Below are positions 51,258 to 63,293 of a stretch of DNA of 64,000 nucleotides, one piece after another. Below the pieces are notes generated by a model. The model was not told where the DNA came from. It saw nothing but the letters and a program-made list of their open reading frames with translations, and did not search any database. A program made the translations under genes and the position numbers. Within the stretch, counting starts at the first letter, position 1; each line of letters opens with the position of its first letter. The stretch lies in the NCBI GenBank assembly GCA_964016885.1, contig OZ024740.1, positions 30,380,001-30,444,000 of the forward strand. Reading direction: 5' to 3'. This DNA comes from Eledone cirrhosa. Lineage: Eukaryota.

Positions 51258-53112
51258 AGTGAGAGATGGGGAGAGTGAGAGAGACAGGGGCAGTGAGTGA
51301 AAGAGAGAGATGGGGAGAGTGAGAGAGAGAGATGCTGAGAGTGAGAGAGACAGGGGCAATGAGTGAAAGAGAGAGATGGGGAGAGTGAGAGAGACAGGGG
51401 CAGTGAGTGAAAGAGAGAGATGGGGAGAGTGAGAGAGACAGAGGCGGCAGTGAGTGAAAGAGAGAGATGGGGAGAGCTAGAGAGACAGAGGCAGTGAGCG
51501 AAAGAGAGAGATGGGCAGAGCTAGAGAGACAGGTGCAGTGAGTGAAAGAGAGAGATGGGGAGAGTGAGAGAGACAGGGGCAGTGAGTGAAAGAGAGAGAT
51601 GGGGAGAGTGAGAGAGAGAGATGCTGAGAGTGAGAGAGACAGGGGCAATGAGTGAAAGAGAGAGATGGGGAGAGTGAGAGAGACAGGGGCAGTGAGTGAA
51701 AGAGAGAGATGGGGAGAGTGAGAGAGACAGGGGCAGTGAGCGAAAGAGAGAGATGGGCAGAGCTAGAGAGACAGGTGCAGTGAGTGAAAGAGAGAGAGAT
51801 GGGGAGAGTGAGAGAGACAGGGGCAGTGAGTGAAAGAGAGAGATGGGGAGAGTGAGAGAGACAGAGGCGACAGTGAGTGAAAGAGAGAGATGGGGAGAGT
51901 GAGAGAGACAGGGGCAGTGAGTGAAAGAGAGAGATGGGGAGAGTTAGAGAGACAGAGACAGTGAGGGAAAGAGAGAGATGGGGAGAGTGAGAGAGACAGG
52001 GGCAGTGAGTGAAAGAGAGAGATGGGGAGAGTGAGAGAGACAGAGGCGACAGTGAGTGAAAGAGAGAGATGGGGAGAGTGAGAGAAACAGGGGCAGTGAG
52101 TGAAAAAGAGAGATGGGGAGAGTTAGAGAGGCAGAGGCAGTGAGTGAAAGAGAGAGATGGGGAGAGTGAGAGAGACAGGGGCAGTGAGTGAAAGAGAGAG
52201 ATGGGGAGAGTGAGAGAGAGAGACAGGGGCAGTGAGTGAAAGAGAGAGATGTGGAGAGTGAGAGAGACAGAGACAGTGAGGGAAAGAGAGAGATGGGGAG
52301 AGTGAGAGAGACAGGGGCAGTGAGTGAAAGAGAGAGATGGGGAGAGCTAGAGAGACAGAGGCAGTGAGCGAAAGAGAGAGAGACAGAGGCAGTGAGCGAA
52401 AGAGAGAGATGGGCAGAGCTAGAGAGACAGGTGCAGTGAGTAAAAGAGAGAGATGGGGAGAGTGAGAGAGACAGGGGCAGTGAGTGAAAGAGAGAGATGG
52501 GGAGAGTGAGAGAGACAGAGGCGACAGTGAGTGAAAGAGAGAGATGGGGAGAGTGAGAGAGACAGGGGCAGTGAGTGAAAGAGAGAGATGGGGAGAGCTA
52601 GAGAGACAGGGGCAGTGAGTGAAAGAAAGAGATGGGGAGAGTGAGAGAGACAGAGGTGGCAGTGAGTGAAAGAGAGAGATGGGGAGAGCGAGAGAGACAG
52701 GGGCAGTGAGTGAAAGAGAGAGATGTGGAGAGTGAGAGAGACAGGGGCAGTGAGTGAAAGAGAGAGATGGGGAGAGTGAGAGAGACAAGGGCAGTGAGTG
52801 AAAGAGAGAGATGGGGAGAATGAGAGAGACAGGGGCAGTGAGTGAAAGAGAGAGATGGGAGAATGAGAGAGACCGAGGCAGTGAGTGAAAGGGAGAGATG
52901 GGGAGAGTGAGAGAGACAGAGGCAGTGAGTGAAAGAGAGAGATGGAGAGAGTGAGAGAGAGAGATGGGGAGAGTGAGAGAGCCAGGGGCAGTGAGTGAAA
53001 GAGAGAGATGGGGAGAGTGAGAGAGACAGGGGCAGTGAGTGAAAGAGAGATGGGGTGAGTGAGAGAGACGGAGGCAGTGAGTGAAAGAGAGAGATGGGGT
53101 GAGTGAGAGAGA
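51258..53112 (+). repeat. 44-bp purine-rich tandem array (~40 copies)
   Basis: gagtgaaagagagagatggggagagtgagagagacaggggcagt. Confidence 0.97.
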
Positions 53113-53502
53113 TGGAGATGGTGACTATACCAGTATTGCTGTAGTATTTTGTAGAGTTAAAATTTAAGTGATTTTACCTCATTTAGCGACTGCAAGCTAA
53201 CTAAATCAGTGGCTAATGGCCTCTAGTGTTTATGATAAAGTTATAGCAGTGATAATCCCACTGTAACCTGTATTGTGTCTGACATGATTGATAATTGAAT
53301 AAGTTACATAATTGTTACTCAACAAAGATATCTCAAAACTGAAGAAGACCTTGGAGAAATTAAGTGATTTGCTTTGGTTCAGTGAAATGGTGCTGTCACA
53401 TTCATTGACAATGTCATGCTTCTGAGAGTATAGCAAATGAAGATCAAAAAGATAGCACCTGATAACTGTACACAATAATTTTCATTATTATTATTATTAT
53501 AA

Positions 53503-53962
53503 GGGCGGTGGATTGGTAGTATCGGTAGAGGGTCGGACGCCATGCTAGGATGGTGGATTGGAAGTATTGGTAGAGGGTCAGACGCCATGCTAGGTTGGTG
53601 GATTGGCAGTATTGGTAGAGGGTCGGACGCCATGCTAGGGTGGTGGATTGGAAGTATTGGTAGAGGGTCGGACGCCATGCTAGGTTGGTGGATTGGCAGT
53701 ATCGGTAGAGGGTCGAACGCCATGCTAGGGTGGTGGATTGGAAGTATTGGTAGAGAATCGGACGCCATGCTAGGTTGGTGGATTTGCAGTATCGGTAGAG
53801 GGTCGGACGCCATGCTTTGAGACATAGAAGTTACGGCCCTTGCCATTCTGAGTTCAAATCCCACCGAGGTTAACTTTGCTTTCATCCTTACGGGGTCGAT
53901 AAAATAAAGTACCAGTAATGTACTGGGTAATTGCTGGCCTTGTACCAAAAGTAGAAACAATT
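53503..53962 (+). mobile_element. SINE family A with its 45-bp 5' head repeated 7 times
   Basis: gggtggtggattggcagtatcggtagagggtcggacgccatgcta x7, then the normal body. Confidence 0.92.
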
Positions 53963-53993
53963 ATTATTATTATTTTTTTAAATTATTATTAAT

Positions 53994-54207
53994 AGGGTGG
54001 TGGATTGGCAGAATCGGTAGAGCGTTGGACACTATACTTCGTAGCATGTAGTTACATTCCTTTACATTCTGAGTTCAAATCCAGCTGAGGTTAGCTTTGC
54101 CTTTCATCCTTACGAGGTCGATAAATAAAGCGCCAGTAATGCACTGGGGACCATTTAATCGACTTTCCCTCTCTCCCCAAATTGCTGGCCTTGTGCCTAA
54201 AGTAGAA
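53994..54207 (+). mobile_element. SINE family A
   Basis: Full head and central domain. Confidence 0.85.
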
Positions 54208-54300
54208 TGCATTATTATTATCATAAGAAACAAATAAAAAAGAAAAAGGAAAACCAGAACAAAAACAAAACAAAAATATGTAAGTAAACTTAACGAAATC

Positions 54301-54440
54301 ACTTAACCTTTGACTCTACAAAATACTTCACCAATGTTGGTATAGTCACTGCCCTCTGTCTCTCACACTCTCCCATCTCTCACTATTATAAGTAAATGGA
54401 GGCCACGTGCTGGCCACCCTGCGGCCTCGGTGAACAGATA
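54301..54440 (-). repeat. Inverted copy of the satellite-parent repeat with a single purine unit
   Basis: Reverse complement reads ...cttataatagtgagagatgggagagtgtgagagacagagggcagtgactatacc... Confidence 0.8.
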
Positions 54441-54594
54441 TCCATAAAATGCATAATTTCAAAATCAATGAAAGAGGACTTTTTATTTAGGTGTCTGTAT
54501 TATAATGTTAAAGATAGTCTATTTTTACTACATCACTTAGGTATTGATAGCCATCAGTTCCTCAACATTGAAGGTCAATGTTTATGTTAAAATC

Positions 54595-54888
54595 TGTCTT
54601 TGAAAGAGATATATGCTGGCATCCCACGCATATCTGTCGTTGTACATAAAAGGAGAGAAAGATTTGCTGGCCACTGCCATCGTACCACCTACGAGGCTGT
54701 GTCCCCATTAGTGCTTTGAAAACCACAAGCAGTCACTAATAACAAGGGGCGCAAGCTCTCCTATGTCATCTCCAGAGATTCTGGTATTGAAATCCAGGAC
54801 TTGGCAGCAGCAATGTACGACAATGAACGATGTGGAGATCAACTGTTGAGTCCATTTCAGCTGAGACTGCCTGATGATGATGATGATG
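54595..54888 (+). mobile_element. RTE/RTE-X-like LINE 3' fragment with (TGA)n tail
   Basis: EIYAGIPRISVVVHKRRERFAGHCHR...ISRDSGIEIQDLAAAM. Confidence 0.8.
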
Positions 54889-55022
54889 TTAAAACTCCTG
54901 TTTCAATATATTTATCAGTTACACACAACAATTATTGCAGTTTTCATTGCCCTATATAGTAGCAAATTGGCTGACCCCTTCCTGAAACATAATACTACAG
55001 CAAATGTAACTCTACACCTTAA

Positions 55023-55256
55023 CCCTTTAGTTACCAATCTGGTAACTAAACCAGCTCTGATTCTATGAAATAAAACCACCCATTTTGATGGTTTCCAATT
55101 AAAATTAAAATCTCCCAACATAATTTTAGATAAAAACCTTGCATTAAATTATTATCTTAGTAATAATATAATTAATAATGTTAGTAAATCCATCAAAATA
55201 GTTCATTAATTAATTAAAATAGAATGTATTTTATGAGAAATGTGGACATGAAAGGG
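55023..55256. mobile_element. piggyBac-like MITE with TTAA on both sides
   Basis: TTAA-ccctttag ... aaaggg-TTAA. Confidence 0.75.
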
Positions 55257-55494
55257 TTAAATGTAACAATACAGCAAACACGTTTACATACAACCGCCGA
55301 AGAAAAAATGCAGCTGCCCTATGTGGGCCACACACTGCACACTACTGCATTAGCAGCATATTGTATGAATTCTACTTCAATATTCTGACTGTCACATATA
55401 TACAACATATACACTTCTACATCAATCAATACTGACATCTTTTTTTATTTTGGATTTGCAGGTAATTCAGTGTCTCAGTGGCTATATAATATAA

Positions 55495-56117
55495 TATAAT
55501 GCAAATTATTGTGTACAGTGCTCAGGTGCACTACAACTCATCAAAGGTGCATGTATAGTACATAAAATAATTGTTTTTACTTTTTGGCACAAGACAAGCA
55601 ATTATCCCAGTGTGTTACTGGTACTTTATTTTATCGACACCATAAGGTTGAAAGGCAAAGTTAACCTTGGCGGGATTTCAACTCAGACCGAAACTCTGCT
55701 GCAAAGCAGAGCATCTGACCTTCTACTGATACCTACAGTCCTGACATTTGTACATCATTTTATGAGGTTAACTTTGCCTTTCATCCTTACAGGGGTCGAT
55801 AAAATAAAGTACCAGTAATACACTGGGATAATTGCTTGCCTTGTGCCAAAAAGTAGAAACAATTATTCTATAGTACATAAAATAATGTAGAAATGTCAGG
55901 AAAGTAAACAGTGTATGAGTCATGATATACACATTCGTGGGTCTGTGTGTATGGAAGGGGAATATCAAGTGTAGTGTTGGCGAATTTCGGGAAGCATGGA
56001 AGTTTTGAAAGATGCAGTGTCCCGACAGCTAACAACTGATGCAGGTAGTTTGTTCCATGCTTCAGCAACTCTGAGTGTGAAAAAATATTTCTGAAAGTCA
56101 TGGGAGCTGGACTGTTT
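55495..56117 (-). mobile_element. CR1 3' end interrupted by head-to-head SINE A pieces (55570-55865)
   Basis: Reverse complement of the CR1 3' UTR on both sides of the SINE fragments. Confidence 0.8.
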
Positions 56118-56199
56118 TAATATATTTCACTATGATTTACAAATATATTGGGTAAAATCCAGAAACCAAGGATCTACATCAGCAATAATTAATTCAAAG

Positions 56200-56445
56200 A
56201 AGTGTTTGTAGAATTTTATTGGGCATAGAGGTGAATGTTTGACATGATGCAGTGTAAGTAGGTTATGCTTGGAAGGAAGGTTGGCTGGTAAGAGAAGCAG
56301 AGGCTGGCAGCTAAAACGATGGCTTGACAATGTCAACTTATGGACTGGACTTAATCTTTGAACTCTGCTGCTGGTGATCGAACTTTGTAGAGAGACATAT
56401 CACATGTTGATGTGCAGTCTGCAACTGGCGGAGTTTAGCGTCACA
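56200..56445 (+). mobile_element. Old RTE LINE 3' fragment (partial second copy at 63728-63838)
   Basis: LEGRLAGKRSRGWQLKRWLDNVNLWTGL. Confidence 0.7.
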
Positions 56446-57011
56446 AGATAGTGTCCTGACAGCTAACAACTAGTCTACTTAACCCTTTAGCATTTACATT
56501 ACTCTATATATACTATTGTATTTTTATGGTAAAGGCTTTATCTCACATAATTATTTCATATAATATCGAATCTATGAGATTTTGATATTATTTATTTTGA
56601 GAACAATACTTTAACATAAGTATGAGTGGCTGGTTACAGCTGGTTTGAACAAAGAGGTGAGAGAATTCTTGCTGGATACGGCCCGTTAAACATCAATCCA
56701 TTACATCACTATGTTGTTACATTATTATTATTAAATTATTATTATTATTATATTGTATTATTATTCCAATATATTGTAAATAGGAGAGAAAAAAAAACAA
56801 TGCAAATATTAAAATATAAAACAAGACATTCACCTTGATTCAATATTTTATTAACAAACAATAACAAAGGTAAGATGTCAAATATAAAAATTTTGTGGAA
56901 CAAAAATTTAATAAAGTTATCAAATATAATTTTCTTTTCTTTACAATATATATATATACATATGTCTCTATCTGTGTGTGTATGTATGTATGTATATATA
57001 TATTATATATA

Positions 57012-57149
57012 CCGTATTTCCCAGTGTTGGAGACACTTCAACCTCAAGCATGCACCCTAATTTTGACAACCAAAAATTTGAAAAAAAAATAATAAACAAC
57101 CTTCAGCCACCAGGAAAAAAAGTACCGTCTTCGATGCCAGGAAATATGG
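57012..57149. mobile_element. Tc1/mariner-superfamily MITE
   Basis: TA-ccgtatttcc ... ggaaatatgg-TA. Confidence 0.7.
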
Positions 57150-57213
57150 TATAAATACATTTATATATATATATAAACAAAGTTTTCTCGAAGATCAAGT
57201 TGAAGTGCGAGTG

Positions 57214-57726
57214 TATCAGAATTCAGAAAATAATGAGAAAAACTCAACACAAGAAAAGCTGTTAAAACAGCAAAATGCCGTCAATGATGGTGTCGGGTAA
57301 AATTTACCTCAAACGACATAAATCAGCAGCTATAAGTGTGTTGGCCTACAGAAGTGATAGGAAGAAAGGAGCAGAAGAAAATGAATGAGACAAGATCACA
57401 TCAATATCGTGCGAAACTACAGCTTGGTCTGAGAGCTGATTACGTATGATAATGTTTGTGTGATCTTGTCTTGTTTGTTTTCTTCCTATCAACTTCTGTA
57501 GGCCAACACACCCCTAGCTGCTGATTTCTCTCCTCTGGGGTAAATTTTCTCCGATGCCGTCATTGATGGCATTTTGCTGTTTTAACCTTCTGGGTGCTGT
57601 TGGCAACATAAGTTGCTGATAGAGTAATCTCCCCTTAATACATAATACAGTGTCAAGGGAAGCAATTCACAAAAAAATCCAGCGTGCTATTCTGGCGTTG
57701 AGATTTTCTCATTATTCTATGAATAT
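57214..57726. mobile_element. Long fold-back (core arms ~57261-57409 / 57447-57586) around a hammerhead 3' half
   Basis: Loop tgcGAAAC-tacagct...agctg-attac-GTA. Confidence 0.65.
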
Positions 57727-57732
57727 ATATAG

Positions 57733-57850
57733 ATGGGTGGCTGAGAGGTTAGACAATTGGATTCGCAATCGTGAGGTTGTGCATTCGATTCTTGGATTAG
57801 GTGATGTGTTATGTCCTTGAGCAAGACACTTTATTTCACGTTGCTCCTTC
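57733..57850 (+). mobile_element. CORE-type SINE 5' part
   Basis: tRNA-like head plus gtccttgagcaagacactttatttcac. Confidence 0.75.
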
Positions 57851-57943
57851 TACCTGGAGTTGCGACTGATAGATAATATTAGCAATTGGAAAGACCAACA
57901 GAAACATTGTTTCCTCGGTCCAATTTGACGGAAGTTGATCGAC

Positions 57944-58011
<68 letters not shown>

Positions 58012-58459
58012 GTAAACAGAAATAACAACACAATCGGTACAGTATATGGAAATGATATATCAGGTTAACACTTGATATAGCAGGAAGATATATACATATA
58101 TTTCAGAAATACAATATCAATAACATCATCAGCTACCAATGATTCTGTGAGCTAATGAAGTATGCAGAAATGGTTGCCATAAACACTAATCGCATTGTGG
58201 GTATTAATCGTATTTCTGCTACATTCTTTAGATCATGAAATCATAAATAGGTGATTATGTAATATTGAGTGTATGTAGTTGCAAGTTCAAAGCAAGTTAG
58301 TTTCTAGGCCAACCAAAACAGAATGAACCCTTAATTGGGAGTTTACTAATTAATATATACATAACAGTATAATTTATTTTGTATGAACTAATTTTTTTCC
58401 TTGTGTACTATAAATCTACATTAGGTGCATCTTCAAATCTTTATTATTTTCCCTATATA

Positions 58460-58672
58460 TGATTGGCAGTGTTGGTAGAGGGTCAGACGCCATGCTTTGA
58501 TGCATAGAGTTACGGCCCTTTACGGTCTGAGTTCAAATCCCGCCGAGGTTAACTTTGCCTTTCATCCTTACGGGGGTCAATAAAATAAAGTACCAGTCAC
58601 GCACTGGGGTCGATTTAATCGACTTCCCCCTCCCACCAAATTGCTGGCCTTGTGCCTATATAAGAAACTATT
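58460..58672 (+). mobile_element. SINE family A
   Basis: Consensus match. Confidence 0.85.
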
Positions 58673-58699
58673 ATTTTCCCTATATATATATTTATATTA

Positions 58700-59937
58700 A
58701 TCACACCATTCACACAGCTTACTACCACTAACCCCCACCCACACATCCACATTTGACCACCCCACCACTAATATTACTAAACACCCCCCCCCCCCCCCCC
58801 TCCCTCACCACACACACACACACCATCACACATACACTCACCCATACCTACGTACACACCTATGCACCACCCACTCCACACACCCTACTACCACCACTAA
58901 CCCCCACTCATACACCCACAATCAACGCCCCCCCACCAGTAATACCAACACCCACGCTACCTCACACACACACACACACACACCAGTACACTACACTCCC
59001 TCCTACCGTCCCCAACACCTCTCTCCCCTCTCTACCAACACCCCCCACTCCCACTAACACCTCCACTAATATGCACGCCCCACACACTGCCACCCTCTCT
59101 CTCCACCATTCAGACCTACCCATCCCCTCCCCTGTCCACCACATACAGACCCCTCTATATCTGTCAGCCTCCATACTACTGCCGCTGTCATCTCCCTACT
59201 GCCATCTCCTCCCTCCCACCTCCTTCGCCCTGCCTTGACCCTTTGACCACTTCCTGTTGTGCACGCACCCCACAACTCTCCACTTCCTCACTACCACACC
59301 AGGATGTTACACCCCTGTCCCATCGCTCCAGCCATCCTGCCACAACCAGAATCTCCAACATCTGCTCACACAATCCGCGGAAAAACCCCAACACACACAC
59401 ACACACACACACACACACTTACACTATTTTCGCACCACGCCACCATACACCCACACATGATTATCCCCACATACACACACTCAGCCTCTGGACTCCACAC
59501 ACCGACTCACACCCCACCCCATGTACACACCGGTTTCCCTATTACCTGAACATGGAACCTCATTTTTTCCCCCCAACTCTCACATTCACACACACACATA
59601 CCACCTTCAGCCCTCCCCGCTCAGATCTCCCGTCACCCTCTCCATCTCCCCTCCACCCACCACCACCCCTACACGCCTCACACCCTTTCACCACTTGTTT
59701 CTTTTAATTTTAATTTTTTTACTCTCGAAAAAAATTCCTCCTGTTTCTCCCCCTCTCCCTTTTTAATGTCTTCCCACCACTCCCCCTCACACCCTTGGAA
59801 CTCTCTCCCTGCCCACTTTTCTCCTGATGAAGGGCTTATACCCGAAACGTCGTCCCCCACCCCCAAGCGGGAAACTAATAACATTTGTACTGCCTCTTCG
59901 CTTCCACGTTTTTTTGTTTTCTGTTTACTGTCTCAAC

Positions 59938-59940
<3 letters not shown>
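58700..59940 (+). mobile_element. Penelope-like remnant: CA-rich low-complexity region ending in a minimal hammerhead core (59824-59851) and (TA)n
   Basis: CTGATGA A GGG cttata CCC GAAA CG TC. Confidence 0.65.
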
Positions 59941-59987
<47 letters not shown>

Positions 59988-59991
<4 letters not shown>

Positions 59992-60130
59992 CGAAGGAAA
60001 TGTGGTAAGGAACCAGGTGGACCATAACGCACCAAAGTACTCAATACTTAGAGTAGTAGAGTGGGTAATGGGAACGAGTAGGACCCCGACGGCTGAGCTC
60101 AAGCCGTTTCGTAGGGGTCCTACTCGTTCC
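59988..60130 (-). mobile_element. Short (TA)n-embedded element with a 17-bp fold-back around a hammerhead 3' half
   Basis: Minus strand ggaacgagtaggacccc-tacGAAACGGCTtgagctcAGCCGTC^ggggtcctactcgttcc. Confidence 0.75.
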
Positions 60131-60188
<58 letters not shown>

Positions 60189-60280
60189 CCAAAGATTAAT
60201 AAGGTTCATTGATTACTCAATGAACATAGTTTTACAATAGATTAAAAGCACTCTACAGCGAAGTTTTCTAGAGTTATTAA

Positions 60281-60523
60281 TATTATTCAAAATATTAATA
60301 AATGAAGACATCCACATAATCAAAATATATGTTTTATTATATATATTTCGGAGGTACTGCCAATACTGGAATTGAACCATCAAGGCAGTTGAGGTATGTC
60401 ATACATCAATTCATGTATTTTATCTGATGAGGACATACTGAAAAAACACCACAGGACCTTCGAAATATATATAATAAAACATATATTTTGATTATGTGAA
60501 TGTCTTCATTTATTAATATTTTA

Positions 60524-60530
<7 letters not shown>
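60281..60530 (+). mobile_element. ~75-bp-arm fold-back with hammerhead-like motif (~60417-60480)
   Basis: ttttat CTGATGA gg...ccttc GAAA tatatata ataaaa. Confidence 0.6.
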
Positions 60531-60574
<44 letters not shown>

Positions 60575-60962
60575 CATTGTATGAGCGGCCACTTTAAGAA
60601 TCTCTAGTGTATATCTAAATCAAACTTATCGGACCACGTCTACAGTATTTTTTATAAAACTTTTAAAATTTTCCCATACTATTTATAAACATATTCCTTA
60701 TATAATATATTAATACATACCACATTTACAACCACATTCATAATATGTTCGCTTTTCTCACCTCTGTTATGGCCATTATTAGAATCTACAGCTTAATGAA
60801 AAGAAACTGAACAATGGGAAAAGTAGAGACAGGCATATTGTACTTCAGAGGGCCTAGGGAAATTGCCCTCATTACCCCCCATTAAATACAGCTGTGACCA
60901 CACTGTCTGTTGGAGAGTGTCATAGTGTCCTCAGTTTGACAGAGAAAAAGTAGTATCTAGAC

Positions 60963-61332
60963 CAGAGGTTCTCAAACTTTTGGGCTACGTAATACCCTCA
61001 GCGCTCCCTTCCCACCAAACCTATTTGATAAATATTTGATAAATAAAATGGTTAATTTATATATAATAAATATTCATCATCATCATCGTCATCATTTTTT
61101 GCCTGCTTTTCCCTGCTTGCACCAACTCCGCCCATGTTTTTCGTGGTCTATACTATGTATAAATAAATATATTTATTATTTTATTATATTTATATATAAT
61201 ATGTATCATTTGATATTTAGTATACTATTATATTATCTTTGCCATCCCCCACCACCCTCTTAGGATTCAGCATCCCCCTGGACATTCTCAACGACCTCCA
61301 GAGGGCAGTAGCACCCACTCTGAAAACCTCTG
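60963..61332. mobile_element. hAT (Charlie-like) MITE
   Basis: TIR cagaggttctcaaa / tgaaaacctctg; 8-bp TSD atctagac/atctagaa. Confidence 0.85.
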
Positions 61333-61775
61333 ATCTAGAAGAACAGATCTATAAGTAACATCTATTTATATATGGCCTCATATATACTGGTGTATTGAAC
61401 AAGTAAGAATCAGATGACCTTAATATCTGACACGGTGTAATTCTATAGATATAGTATGCACTGCTGTCCTACTAGATAGTACAAACTGCAACTGCACTGT
61501 GATCACCCAGTCAGTTGTAACTACTTTAAAAGCAAAGATTAGTCAACCAAAAAAAGCTTTAACATTCTACTTAACAATAATGGGAAGTGAGAAAAGCCAA
61601 AATATAATAAATTAATAAAACTATTTACTTAAGCTGATATTTTTCAAACAAACACGCAGTTAGTAATATAATGAAACAATTGGTATTTAAAGCATACATA
61701 TTGCAATACTAATTACTCGCTCCCTTACATATATATATTGGGTCGGCAAGTATAGAATTTGTAGAAACTTGTCTT

Positions 61776-62400
61776 TTTTCTATAAATACCTAGGTGACCG
61801 AATTAGCAGCGGAGGTGGGTGTTCAGAAAGTACAATAACTAGGGTAAGAACAGGATGGAAGAAGTTTAGGGAACTACTACCACTGCTAGCTGCAAAAGGC
61901 TTCTCCCTCAGAATGAAAGGCAGACTGTATGATGCGTGTATCCGAACAGCAATGTTACATGGTAGTGAGACCTGGGCGCTGAAGGTGGAAGACTTACGTA
62001 GATTAGAGAGAAACGAAGCCTGCATGCTCTGATGGATGTGTAACAGTAATATACGTGAACGACAAAGCATAAATGAATTGAGAGAGAGACTGAGCATAAG
62101 AGGAATCAAATGCTGTGTGCAGGAGAGGCGGTTGCGTTGGTATGGACATGTGATGCGTATGAAGGATGACAGCTGCATAAAAAGGTGCAGAGCACTAGAA
62201 GTTGATGGAAACCGCGGAGTGGGGAGACCCAAGATGACCTGGGATGAGGTGATAAAAGCCGACCTTACCCAATTACACCTCTCAAAGGTAATGACACACG
62301 ACCGTGACCTCTGGCGTCACGCAGTAATACAGAGTACCCGACCTCCCATGGGTACAAGCTGAAGCATATAGACAATATGCTCCCACATGATGATGATGAA
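61776..62400 (+). mobile_element. RTE-clade LINE 3' fragment with (GAT)n tail
   Basis: YKYLGDRISSGGG...MLHGSETW...ERRLRWYGHVMR...GRPKMTW. Confidence 0.93.
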
Positions 62401-62429
62401 GATCTACAAATTTCATACTTGACGACCCA

Positions 62430-62460
<31 letters not shown>

Positions 62461-62467
<7 letters not shown>

Positions 62468-63293
62468 GAAAAATATAGAAATGATTGTAGCAAGAAGCCA
62501 ACAGTATTCCATAATATATAAGTGACTTTAGCGTCAAAATAGAAAAATAGTTAACGTAAGATGTGGGAAAATAATTCAAACTCAATTCAAAAAGAATCAG
62601 GATATAGATTCATCCACAGAATTTGGTGAAATCCAGGGAAAAATCAATGGAGCCTTAACTCAGAATAAAATAAAGTCTAAAATACTCATCCTTCAATTTG
62701 GAAAAACTACAAATGCTCTGTATAGTCTTAAAGACTATTTCACGAAACTTTTAGTGGGGATGGTCATGGTTGGAATCGATCATCAGCAGAGCTCAAAAAC
62801 ACGATAACCAAATGACCACTGTTTATAATATGCCAAAAAGGGAATTTAAAAGCAGCCTAGGTCAACATCAGGCGTAATTATGAAGAAAAACGCACATGTA
62901 GAGACAGGGCTAGTGACGTCAGAATGAGACGAATGTCTGTTTACATGAAACAACAGTCAAAAACATTCCGAAAAAAACTCTACAATATAAGGAATTCAGC
63001 AAAAGCAATATTATCGCGGTTTTTTTTTTTAAAAAAGACCGGGGTTAGTCACAAATAAATTTTAAACACTCTAGGAAAGAAATCCGAGTATAAATATAAA
63101 TGAAAAGTATAGAAATTATTGTAGCAAGACGCTAACAGTATTCCATAATATATAAGTGACTATAGTGTCAAAATGGAAAAATAGTTAACGTAAGATGTGG
63201 GAAAAATAATTCAAACTGAATTCAAAAAGAATCAGGATATAGATTCAACAACAGAATTTGGTGAAATCCAGGGAAAAATCAATAGAGCCTTAA

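Noticed and set aside
51199-53960. Ser/Leu-rich and MASDPLPILPIH-repeat ORFs
   Set aside because: Reverse translations of the 44-bp array and the tandem SINE heads.
58753-59766. Pro/Thr/His-rich mucin- or extensin-like ORFs
   Set aside because: CA-rich low-complexity strand lacks stops by composition; no splice structure seen.
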